64,000 bases of DNA from Eubacteriales bacterium. GTDB taxonomy: Bacteria; Bacillota; Clostridia; Oscillospirales; CAG-272. The translations under genes were made by a program, and so were the position numbers. The stretch covers positions 341-64,340 of the forward strand of contig JAZRTK010000016.1 of NCBI GenBank assembly GCA_045651985.1. The letters run 5' to 3'. This document shows, one piece after another, positions 57,029-64,000 of the stretch. Every line of letters starts with the position of its first letter. The stretch's first letter is position 1. Below the pieces are notes generated by a model. The model was not told the DNA's origin and ran no database searches. It was given only the letters and a program-made list of their open reading frames with translations.

Positions 57029-58255
57029 ATGGATCCATATCAGAAAAACGTAATAAGCGTATCACAGCTGAATAGCTTCGTTCGGCTCATAATTGAGGCC
57101 AGCGACGTGCTGGGCGATATATACGTGCGCGGTGAGATTTCAAATTTTACCAACCACAGAAGCGGACATTTTTACTTCTCCGTAAAGGACGAGGGAGGCG
57201 CCGTTAAGGCGGTAATGTTCCGTACCAGCGCGCAAAAACTGCCTTTCCTGCCTGAAAACGGCATGAAAGTAATCGTCCACGGACGAATCTCGGTGTATGA
57301 ACGTGACGGCGTTTACCAGCTTTACGCCGACGATATTCAACCCGACGGTGTAGGTTCGCTGTATTTTGCATACGAGCAGCTGAAAGCCAAGCTGGAGGCG
57401 GAGGGACTTTTCGACCCCGTATGTAAAAAGCCTTTACCGCGCCTTCCCATGCGGGTAGGTATCGTCACGTCTCCCACGGGCGCGGCAATACAGGATATGA
57501 AAAACATTATCGGGCGGAGATTTCCTCTTTGCACCGTGGTGCTTTATCCTGCGCTTGTGCAGGGCGAAGGCGCTCCCGCAAGTATTGCAAGGGGAATTAA
57601 ATATTTCAACGATAAAAAGTCGGTCGACCTTATTATAATAGGTCGCGGCGGCGGATCTATTGAGGACCTTTGGGCGTTTAATAACGAAGCGCTGGCGCGT
57701 ATCGTATATGATTCCGAGCTGCCAATAATATCGGCTGTGGGACACGAAAGCGATTTTACTATTTGCGATTTCGTGGCAGACGTTCGCGCGTCAACTCCTT
57801 CTGCGGCGGCAGAGCTGGCGGTGGCCGAAGCGTCCGAGCTTAAAAAGAACATTGAGGAAAGAAAGAGCAGAATGGATCATATTGTTTCCTCTACTCTGAT
57901 GCAAAAGCGTACAAAGCTTGAAGCGTTGGAGAGATCCAAGGCACTTCGCTCACCGATGAACACTCTTGACAACCGCAGAATTATCCTGTCATCATACATC
58001 GACAGCTTAGATAAGAATATAGAGCTTATTTTAGGTAAAAAGACTTCCGCGTATAAATCAAGCGCGGCGGCGCTTGGGGCTTTGAATCCTTTGGCGGTGC
58101 TGTCCCGCGGTTACAGCGTGGCGTTTTCGCAAGGAAAGCTCGTAAAGAGCACTCAGAGCGTGTCGGCAGGGGATAGAATTGAGACCAAGGTCTCGGACGG
58201 CGTGATTTACAGCACAGTCACCGAGACGGAAAGGACCGAAAATGGCAAAAAGTAA
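57029..58255 (+). CDS. xseA: Exodeoxyribonuclease VII large subunit
   Basis: OB-fold N-terminus (VSQLNSFVRLIIE...GEISNF) and the GRGGGS motif. Confidence 0.95.
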   Translation: MDPYQKNVISVSQLNSFVRLIIEASDVLGDIYVRGEISNFTNHRSGHFYFSVKDEGGAVKAVMFRTSAQKLPFLPENGMKVIVHGRISVYERDGVYQLYADDIQPDGVGSLYFAYEQLKAKLEAEGLFDPVCKKPLPRLPMRVGIVTSPTGAAIQDMKNIIGRRFPLCTVVLYPALVQGEGAPASIARGIKYFNDKKSVDLIIIGRGGGSIEDLWAFNNEALARIVYDSELPIISAVGHESDFTICDFVADVRASTPSAAAELAVAEASELKKNIEERKSRMDHIVSSTLMQKRTKLEALERSKALRSPMNTLDNRRIILSSYIDSLDKNIELILGKKTSAYKSSAAALGALNPLAVLSRGYSVAFSQGKLVKSTQSVSAGDRIETKVSDGVIYSTVTETERTENGKK

Positions 58256-58478
58256 GAGTGCGCCCACCTTTGAGGAGGCGCTGAAAAGAATAGAGGAGAT
58301 CGTCCGCTCTTTGGACGACGGCACGGCAGAGCTTGACCGTTCTCTGGAGCTTTACGAGGAGGGAATCGGGCTTGTTCGCCTTTGCTCGTCCATGCTTGAT
58401 CACGCTGAAAAGAAGATAAAGATACTCCAGTCGGGCGAGGACGGAGAACTGGTCGAAAAGGATTTTGACAATGAGTAA
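58242..58478 (+). CDS. xseB: Exodeoxyribonuclease VII small subunit
   Basis: FEEALKRIEEIVRSLDDG...LELYEEG signature. Confidence 0.93.
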   Translation: MAKSKSAPTFEEALKRIEEIVRSLDDGTAELDRSLELYEEGIGLVRLCSSMLDHAEKKIKILQSGEDGELVEKDFDNE

Positions 58479-59364
58479 AGATGCACTTTTTGAAAAAATG
58501 AAGGAGTGCGCCGCGCTTACCGACGGTTATCTGGACAGTATCATCGACACCTCAGATACGGATGTTGCAAGCGTTGCGCAGTCAATGAAATACAGCCTTT
58601 TTGCGGGCGGAAAGCGGATACGCGCATTTTTAGTACTTGAATTTTGCCGTTTGTTTGGGGGCAAGACCGAGGCGGCTCTGCCCTTTGCGGCGGCTATCGA
58701 GATGATGCACACCTTTTCGCTTATTCACGACGATCTGCCCTGCATGGACGACGACGATCTCCGCCGCGGAAAGCCTACAAACCATAAGGTACACGGCGAG
58801 GCTACGGCACTTTTAGCAGGTGATGCCTTGGCGCTGAAGCTGTTCGGCACGGTGGCATCAAATCCGCACGTGACGGCGGGAAACGCTCTGGCGGCGGTGA
58901 CGCTTTTATCCGATGCTTCGGCTGAGGTTGGCATGGTGGGCGGTCAGATAATGGATATGTACGCCGAGGAGCATAAAATTTCACTGGAAACGCTGAAAAA
59001 GCTTTACTCCAAAAAGACGGGCTGTCTTATACGCGCATCGGCGGTGCTTGGTTGCCTTGCGGCAGGGAAGTGCATAGATTCCACCGAAGCAAAAGCGGCG
59101 GCATTTTACGCCGACGGCATCGGACTTGCGTTCCAGATTCGGGACGACGTGCTTGACGCCACGGGCGACGCAGAAAAGCTTGGCAAGACTATCGGTAGCG
59201 ATGTCACAAACAACAAGACCACGTTCCTTACGTTTATGACCGCAGATGAGGCTATGTCGGAGGCGAAAGCGGTGACCGATAGCGCCAAGAACGCAATAGC
59301 GGACTTTGTTGGCAGTGAGATATTGCTTGACCTTGCGGATTACCTTTTGGAGAGGGAAAACTGA
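58465..59364 (+). CDS. ispA: Polyprenyl (farnesyl/geranylgeranyl) diphosphate synthase
   Basis: FARM motif IHDDLPCMDDDDLRRG and second motif FQIRDDVLD. Confidence 0.93.
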   Translation: MTMSKDALFEKMKECAALTDGYLDSIIDTSDTDVASVAQSMKYSLFAGGKRIRAFLVLEFCRLFGGKTEAALPFAAAIEMMHTFSLIHDDLPCMDDDDLRRGKPTNHKVHGEATALLAGDALALKLFGTVASNPHVTAGNALAAVTLLSDASAEVGMVGGQIMDMYAEEHKISLETLKKLYSKKTGCLIRASAVLGCLAAGKCIDSTEAKAAAFYADGIGLAFQIRDDVLDATGDAEKLGKTIGSDVTNNKTTFLTFMTADEAMSEAKAVTDSAKNAIADFVGSEILLDLADYLLEREN

Positions 59365-60095
59365 TGCGAGCCGACCTGTTTTTGTCCGAATTTGGCTACG
59401 TAAAAAGCCGTCAGAACGCAAAGGTCTTAATTGAAGGCGGCAAGGTGACGCTTGACGGTCGGGTCTTGTTAAAGCCCTCCGAGCAGATAGACGAAAACGC
59501 CGAGCATTCGGTTGAGATAATTAAAGAAAAATACGTCTGTCGCGGCGGATATAAGCTTGAAGCGGCTTTGGAACGATTTTCGGAGCTTGCCTCGGTGAAA
59601 GGAGCCGTTTGCATCGACATCGGAGCGTCCACGGGCGGTTTTTGTGATTGTCTTCTGCAAAACGGCGCGCAAAAAGTGTTTGCGGTGGATTCAGGTCACG
59701 GCCAGCTTGACGGAAGTCTTATGCAAAACGAAAAGGTGGTAAATATTGAGGGCTACAATGCCCGAAATCTTGACGCAAAGGATTTTCCTTGCAAAATGGA
59801 CATAGCTACAATGGACGTGTCCTTTATTTCCCAGACTCTTATTTTGCCGTCGATTCCAAACGTGTTAAAGTCGGGCGGGGTGCTTTTCAGCCTAATAAAG
59901 CCTCAGTTTGAGGTTGGACGGGAGCACGTGGGCAAAAACGGCATAGTAAAGAACGTAAAGAAGCGCGACGAGTCGGTCAGGTATGTTATCGACTTCGCCC
60001 AAAACTACGGTTTTGAGCTTCTTGGAAAGATAGAGTCTCCCATTAAAGGCGGGGACGGCAATACGGAATTTATGGCGGTGTTCCGCCTCAGATAA
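59364..60095 (+). CDS. tlyA: TlyA-family rRNA (cytidine-2'-O)-methyltransferase
   Basis: S4 domain plus FtsJ-type SAM motif (DIGASTGGF). Confidence 0.9.
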   Translation: MRADLFLSEFGYVKSRQNAKVLIEGGKVTLDGRVLLKPSEQIDENAEHSVEIIKEKYVCRGGYKLEAALERFSELASVKGAVCIDIGASTGGFCDCLLQNGAQKVFAVDSGHGQLDGSLMQNEKVVNIEGYNARNLDAKDFPCKMDIATMDVSFISQTLILPSIPNVLKSGGVLFSLIKPQFEVGREHVGKNGIVKNVKKRDESVRYVIDFAQNYGFELLGKIESPIKGGDGNTEFMAVFRLR

Positions 60096-60112
60096 AGGAA
60101 AGGAGAGCGGCG

Positions 60113-60979
60113 ATGGCATTTGAGAATATCTCACTCATTACCAATTTTAACATACGCGAAAAAGCCGCGGCGGCAAAGCGTATAGCCGAATTTTTATCGG
60201 CATACAATTGCCGTATTATGATAGACGAACAGTCATCGGACAGAACGGCGGATTTTCCCGCATCGGTCTGCCGTGTTGAGAGAAATGAGCTTACCCGTGA
60301 GACCGACCTTATTATTGTCCTTGGCGGCGACGGCTCTATTTTGACGGCGGCAAGAAGCAGTTCTTTTGCGGGCGTGCCGATCTTAGGCATAAATTTAGGG
60401 CGTCTTGGATATATGTCCGAGCTTGAGGCTGACGAGCTGAGCCAGCTTGAAAAGCTGTTTACAGGGGAATACACCATTCAACACCGTTCGATGCTGGACG
60501 TTTCCATAAGGCGCGCAAACGGTACGGTCCAGGGGCGGTGCATCGCGCTCAACGACGCGGTGGTCACGGGCTCGATAGCAAAAATGATAGAATTTGAGCT
60601 TTGGGAGAGGGAGGAGATCGTCACCTCTTATCGAGCGGACGGTCTTATCGTGGCAACACCCACGGGGTCCACTGCCTACTCGCTGTCGGCGGGCGGACCT
60701 GTTATCGATCCCCGCACCGACTGCATCTGCGTCACTCCCGTTTGCCCTCATTCCTTGACGGCAAAGCCAATGGTTTTTGCAGGAGACGCCAAGTTAGGGA
60801 TCAAAAATATCCACGTAAGGGATAAAAAGCTCCTGCTTACGGTGGACGGAAAAATGACCTACGATCTTTACCGCGGCGACGTGGTGCAGATAGAAAAGTC
60901 CAATACGGAGACGAAGCTTATACGCTTGAGCTCACAAGGATTTTACAATACGCTCAGACAGAAAATGAATGCAGATTGA
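60113..60979 (+). CDS. nadK: NAD kinase
   Basis: GGDG motif (VLGGDGSIL) and ATPTGSTAYSLSAGGP. Confidence 0.95.
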   Translation: MAFENISLITNFNIREKAAAAKRIAEFLSAYNCRIMIDEQSSDRTADFPASVCRVERNELTRETDLIIVLGGDGSILTAARSSSFAGVPILGINLGRLGYMSELEADELSQLEKLFTGEYTIQHRSMLDVSIRRANGTVQGRCIALNDAVVTGSIAKMIEFELWEREEIVTSYRADGLIVATPTGSTAYSLSAGGPVIDPRTDCICVTPVCPHSLTAKPMVFAGDAKLGIKNIHVRDKKLLLTVDGKMTYDLYRGDVVQIEKSNTETKLIRLSSQGFYNTLRQKMNAD

Positions 60980-60998
60980 CATAGGAAGGAATGAAAAA

Positions 60999-61454
60999 AT
61001 GAAGACCACAAGACAGAGCAAGATTCTCGAGCTTATTCTCAAATATGAGATCGAAACACAGGACGAGCTTATCGAAAAGCTCCGCGAGGAGGGATTTGAC
61101 GTAACACAGGCAACGGCGTCAAGAGATATCAAGGCGCTCAAGCTTACAAAGACACTGACCAGCAAGGGCAAGTACAGATACGTGCGCCAGACGCCCAAGG
61201 AGTCCACGCCCAACCACAAGTTCAACGCGGCACTCATCGAGTCTATTGTCAGCGTTGACAGCGGCGAGAATATCGTGGTTGTAAAGACCTTCCCCGGACT
61301 TGCAAGTGCGGTGGCTGCAGGCGTTGACGCTATCAACCACGGAGAAATTCTCGGGTGTGTCGCGGGTGACGACACTATTGCCGTTATCACACGAACAAAG
61401 GAAAGCGCAAAGGATCTGGTAAAGACCTTGGAGCATCTTATCCGTAACGCATAA
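60999..61454 (+). CDS. argR: Arginine repressor
   Basis: Winged-helix N-terminus (RQSKILELI...TQATASRDIKAL) and C-terminal GCVAGDDTI. Confidence 0.93.
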   Translation: MKTTRQSKILELILKYEIETQDELIEKLREEGFDVTQATASRDIKALKLTKTLTSKGKYRYVRQTPKESTPNHKFNAALIESIVSVDSGENIVVVKTFPGLASAVAAGVDAINHGEILGCVAGDDTIAVITRTKESAKDLVKTLEHLIRNA

Positions 61455-61472
61455 AATTTTCGGAGGCATATA

Positions 61473-63158
61473 ATGCTTGCTTCGCTTCACATTGAAAATA
61501 TCGCCGTGATAAAAAGCCTGGATGTTGATCTTTCAGGCGGCTTTACGGCGCTTACGGGCGAAACGGGTGCGGGTAAATCAATCATCATTGACAGTATAAA
61601 CCTGCTGATGGGCTCAAGAGCGTCCCGCGAGCTTGTGCGAACGGGAGAGCACCGCGCATCGGTCTCGGGGATCTTTTGCGACCTCGGTCGCGAGACTCTT
61701 GAAACGCTTACCGAGCTTGGCTTTGAGACCGACGAGAACGGTGAGATACTTTTGCAGCGCACACTTTCGGACGACGGGCGTACAACGTCCCGCGTAAACG
61801 GTCAGTCGGTGACAAGCGCTGTCTACCGCGAGATCGCCCAAAATCTTATAAATATTCATGGGCAGAACGACAGCCTGCAGTTTTTGCAGAAGTCCAGCCA
61901 CCTGTCATTGCTTGACGGCTTTGCGGAAAATGGCGACCTTCTTGAAGATTACCGCCGTTTTTATGCGGAGTACAAGCGCATTTCCGAGCATCTGCGGGAG
62001 CTTGAAAGGGAAGACAAGGACAAGTTCCGCCTGCTTGAAATTTATCGTTTTCAGCTGGGCGAAATTGATGCTGTCAAATTGAAAAAGGGCGAGGAAGAAC
62101 TGCTTGAAGCACAGTGCAAGAAGCTGAGGAATGTTGAAAAGATATCAAAGCAGACCTCTTTTGCTTACAGAATCCTTTATTCAAGCGATAAGAGCGCGTC
62201 GGCGTCATATTTGCTTGACCGCGCGTCGGCGTCTATGCTCCAGATTTCCGACGTTGTGCCCGAGGCGGCAGAATTGGCGGAGAGATTGAAAAATTACAAA
62301 TACGAGATCGAGGACATAGCCGAGACCATTCACGATTTTAGCGGAGACATAGATATGGACGGCGACCCCACCGAGAGACTGAACAAGATCGAAGGACGGC
62401 TTGACGCAATTGCCAGGCTGAAGCGCAAATACGGCGAGACCTACGAGGATATTCAGCGATTCCGCCAGGAAACAGCGCAGAAGCTTGACGAGATCGAATG
62501 TGCCGACGACAAGATCGCCGATTACCGCCGTCAGAGAGACGCAATTCGAGCTGAAATGGAGATAAAAGCGGCGGCGTTGACCGACAGCAGAAGGGCAGCG
62601 GCAGATAGTATTCTTGACCGCATTTCCGACGTGCTGGTCTATCTTGATATGCCCAAAGTCCGTTTTGACGTTAGTATAAAGCCCGCAGAGCCCACATCAA
62701 ACGGTTTTGATGACGTGGAATTTCTCATTTCACCCAACCCCGGCGAGTCCCTTCGTCCCTTGGCAAAGATAGCATCGGGCGGTGAGCTTTCGCGAATCAT
62801 GCTTTCAATGAAGTGCGCTTTGGCAGACCGTGATTCGGTTGGGACTCTCATTTTTGACGAGATAGACACGGGAATTTCGGGCAAGACCTCCCGCAAGGTG
62901 GGAATCAAATTAAAGAGCATAGCAAGAGGAGTGCAGGTGATCTGTGTGACTCACAGCGCTCAGGTGGCGTCCCTTGCGGATAACCATTTCTACATTTCAA
63001 AAGCCGAATACGACGGTCGCACCGAAACGGCGCTGACCCTGCTTGACAGCATGGGAAGGATTGAGGAGATCGCCAGGATCTTAGGCGGTATCAGCATCAC
63101 CGAGGTGCAGAGGCGCGCGGCGGCTGAAATGATAGCGGAGGGAAAGGAATATGACTAA
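61473..63158 (+). CDS. recN: DNA repair protein RecN
   Basis: Walker A GETGAGKS, coiled coil, and signature SGGELSR with FDEIDTGISG. Confidence 0.96.
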   Translation: MLASLHIENIAVIKSLDVDLSGGFTALTGETGAGKSIIIDSINLLMGSRASRELVRTGEHRASVSGIFCDLGRETLETLTELGFETDENGEILLQRTLSDDGRTTSRVNGQSVTSAVYREIAQNLINIHGQNDSLQFLQKSSHLSLLDGFAENGDLLEDYRRFYAEYKRISEHLRELEREDKDKFRLLEIYRFQLGEIDAVKLKKGEEELLEAQCKKLRNVEKISKQTSFAYRILYSSDKSASASYLLDRASASMLQISDVVPEAAELAERLKNYKYEIEDIAETIHDFSGDIDMDGDPTERLNKIEGRLDAIARLKRKYGETYEDIQRFRQETAQKLDEIECADDKIADYRRQRDAIRAEMEIKAAALTDSRRAAADSILDRISDVLVYLDMPKVRFDVSIKPAEPTSNGFDDVEFLISPNPGESLRPLAKIASGGELSRIMLSMKCALADRDSVGTLIFDEIDTGISGKTSRKVGIKLKSIARGVQVICVTHSAQVASLADNHFYISKAEYDGRTETALTLLDSMGRIEEIARILGGISITEVQRRAAAEMIAEGKEYD

Positions 63159-63621
63159 GACCAACGCCATGCGTATGCTTGACGCGGCGAAGATAAAATA
63201 CGAAATAAAGGAATACGTGCCCGACGAAAACGACCTGACGGGAACGCATATTGCCCGACAGATAGGTCTTGACGAAAATATTGTTTTTAAGACGTTGGTG
63301 GCGGTGGGCGACAAGACGGGACATATTGTCTTCTGTATCCCAAGTCCTGCCGAGATAGACCTGAAAAAGGCTGCCGCGGCAACGGGAAACAAGAAGATCG
63401 AAATGGTGCACGTAAAAGACCTGCTGTCGCTTACGGGCTATATCCGCGGTGGCTGTTCTCCTATCGGAATGAAGAAAAGGTTTCCCACTTACATGGACGA
63501 GAGCGCGGCGACTTTGGAAAAATTCACCGTAAGCGGCGGAATCAAGGGCGCACAGCTTCTGGTGTCTCCGGAGGACATTATCAAGTTTACGGGAGCAAAA
63601 CTTTGCTCTGTCACAAAATAA
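63151..63621 (+). CDS. ybaK: Cys-tRNA(Pro)/Cys-tRNA(Cys) deacylase YbaK
   Basis: MTKTNAMRMLD...FKTLV...GGCSPIG signature. Confidence 0.9.
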   Translation: MTKTNAMRMLDAAKIKYEIKEYVPDENDLTGTHIARQIGLDENIVFKTLVAVGDKTGHIVFCIPSPAEIDLKKAAAATGNKKIEMVHVKDLLSLTGYIRGGCSPIGMKKRFPTYMDESAATLEKFTVSGGIKGAQLLVSPEDIIKFTGAKLCSVTK

Positions 63622-63635
63622 ATTGTCCTCAGCAC

Positions 63636-63664
63636 TTGAAAAAGATCACTTTTTGGTGTATAAT
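63636..63664 (+). promoter_or_regulatory. Putative sigma-A promoter of argS
   Basis: TTGAAA, 17 nt, TATAAT. Confidence 0.5.
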
Positions 63665-63721
63665 CAAATTTTGGAATAAAAAAGAAAGAGAGAAGCGTGA
63701 AAATCACGCAGATTTATCCCT

Positions 63722-64000
63722 ATGCTTAAGATAAAATCACAAATTGCCGATGTTCTTGAAGCCAAGATGAAGGCGATAAACCCCGACTCCCCCGCAAAGG
63801 AAGAGATCGCAAATATGCTTGAATATCCCCCCGATGCCTCCATGGGCGACCTATCTCTTCCTTGCTTCAAATTAAGTAAGCTTCTGCGCCGTTCACCCGT
63901 GCAGATAGCCGAAATGCTGGCAGAGGGCTTTGAGTCACCCTGCATAGCAAAGGCTTCTACCATAAACGGATATCTGAATTTTAATATTTCCGACGAATAT
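63722..64000 (+). CDS. argS: Arginine--tRNA ligase, N-terminal part (runs off the window)
   Basis: My own translation of frame 2 from ATG 63722 gives MLKIKSQIADVLEAKMKAINPD...PPDASMGDLSLPCFKLSKLLRRSPVQIAEML...INGYLNFNISDEY. This is the Arg-tRNA synthetase N-domain pattern. There is no stop before 64000, so it is absent from the ORF track. Confidence 0.8.
   Translation, partial: MLKIKSQIADVLEAKMKAINPDSPAKEEIANMLEYPPDASMGDLSLPCFKLSKLLRRSPVQIAEMLAEGFESPCIAKASTINGYLNFNISDEY

Overview
This is a 64-kb stretch of core chromosome from a Firmicute of the class Clostridia. That assignment rests on spo0A, ytfI/ytfJ, an SLH-anchored surface protein, Bacillus/Clostridium-type synteny and roughly 50% GC. 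It is an inference from gene content only, since I could not run any database search. I call 63 protein-coding genes, almost all housekeeping, in seven strand blocks:

- **1-7153 (+):** dnaG (3' end), two tandem primary-type sigma-70 genes, an orphan solute-binding lipoprotein, a HAD hydrolase, an aldo/keto reductase and a membrane protein.
- **7184-10354 (-):** an SPFH / zinc-ribbon / TPM module resembling B. subtilis ydjI-ydjG-ydjH.
- **10554-19979 (+):** nudF, miaB, ylbF-like, mutS, mutL, tgt, a CPBP protease and an orphan 59-aa Cys-rich ORF.
- **20036-29702 (-):** spo0A, a hypothetical gene, rluB, dacB-like, ytfJ, ytfI, scpB, scpA, an M50 protease, engB and lon.
- **30332-51301 (+):** infC-rpmI-rplT behind an L20-type leader, a TrmH-family methyltransferase, dprA, topA, trmFO, plsX, rnc, a radical SAM gene, smc, ftsY, rdgB, yhbY, nadD, yqeK, an LCP gene, rsfS, leuS and rpsU.
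- **51393-55421 (-):** an SLH surface protein, an SGNH-like protein and a membrane protein.
- **55653-64000 (+):** nusB, a Kae1/TsaD-like gene, xseA, xseB, ispA, tlyA, nadK, argR, recN, ybaK and argS (5' end).

I saw no rRNA, tRNA, CRISPR array, transposase, integrase or prophage signature.

The signals the gene list does not explain are all small:

1. A riboswitch-like structured leader (5'-terminal 14-bp P1 helix, nested helix, and a UUCG terminator with a competing pairing) in front of the orphan Cys-rich ORF.
2. An orphan promoter plus a 72-nt hairpin with a U-tract between lon and infC, which is a candidate sRNA.
3. The tandem sigma-70 pair, whose first copy lacks three residues of the near-invariant [13 protein letters not shown] segment.
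4. The SPFH/ZnR/TPM module without an adjacent pspA, with a 3 x 75-bp zinc-ribbon repeat.
5. An SGNH-fold protein whose catalytic Ser/Asp/His positions all appear substituted, next to the S-layer candidate.
6. A Spo0A whose conserved receiver lysine is arginine and which is separated from the recN locus.

All functional calls come from motif and family recognition in the supplied translations. None has been checked by BLAST, HMM or covariance-model searches.
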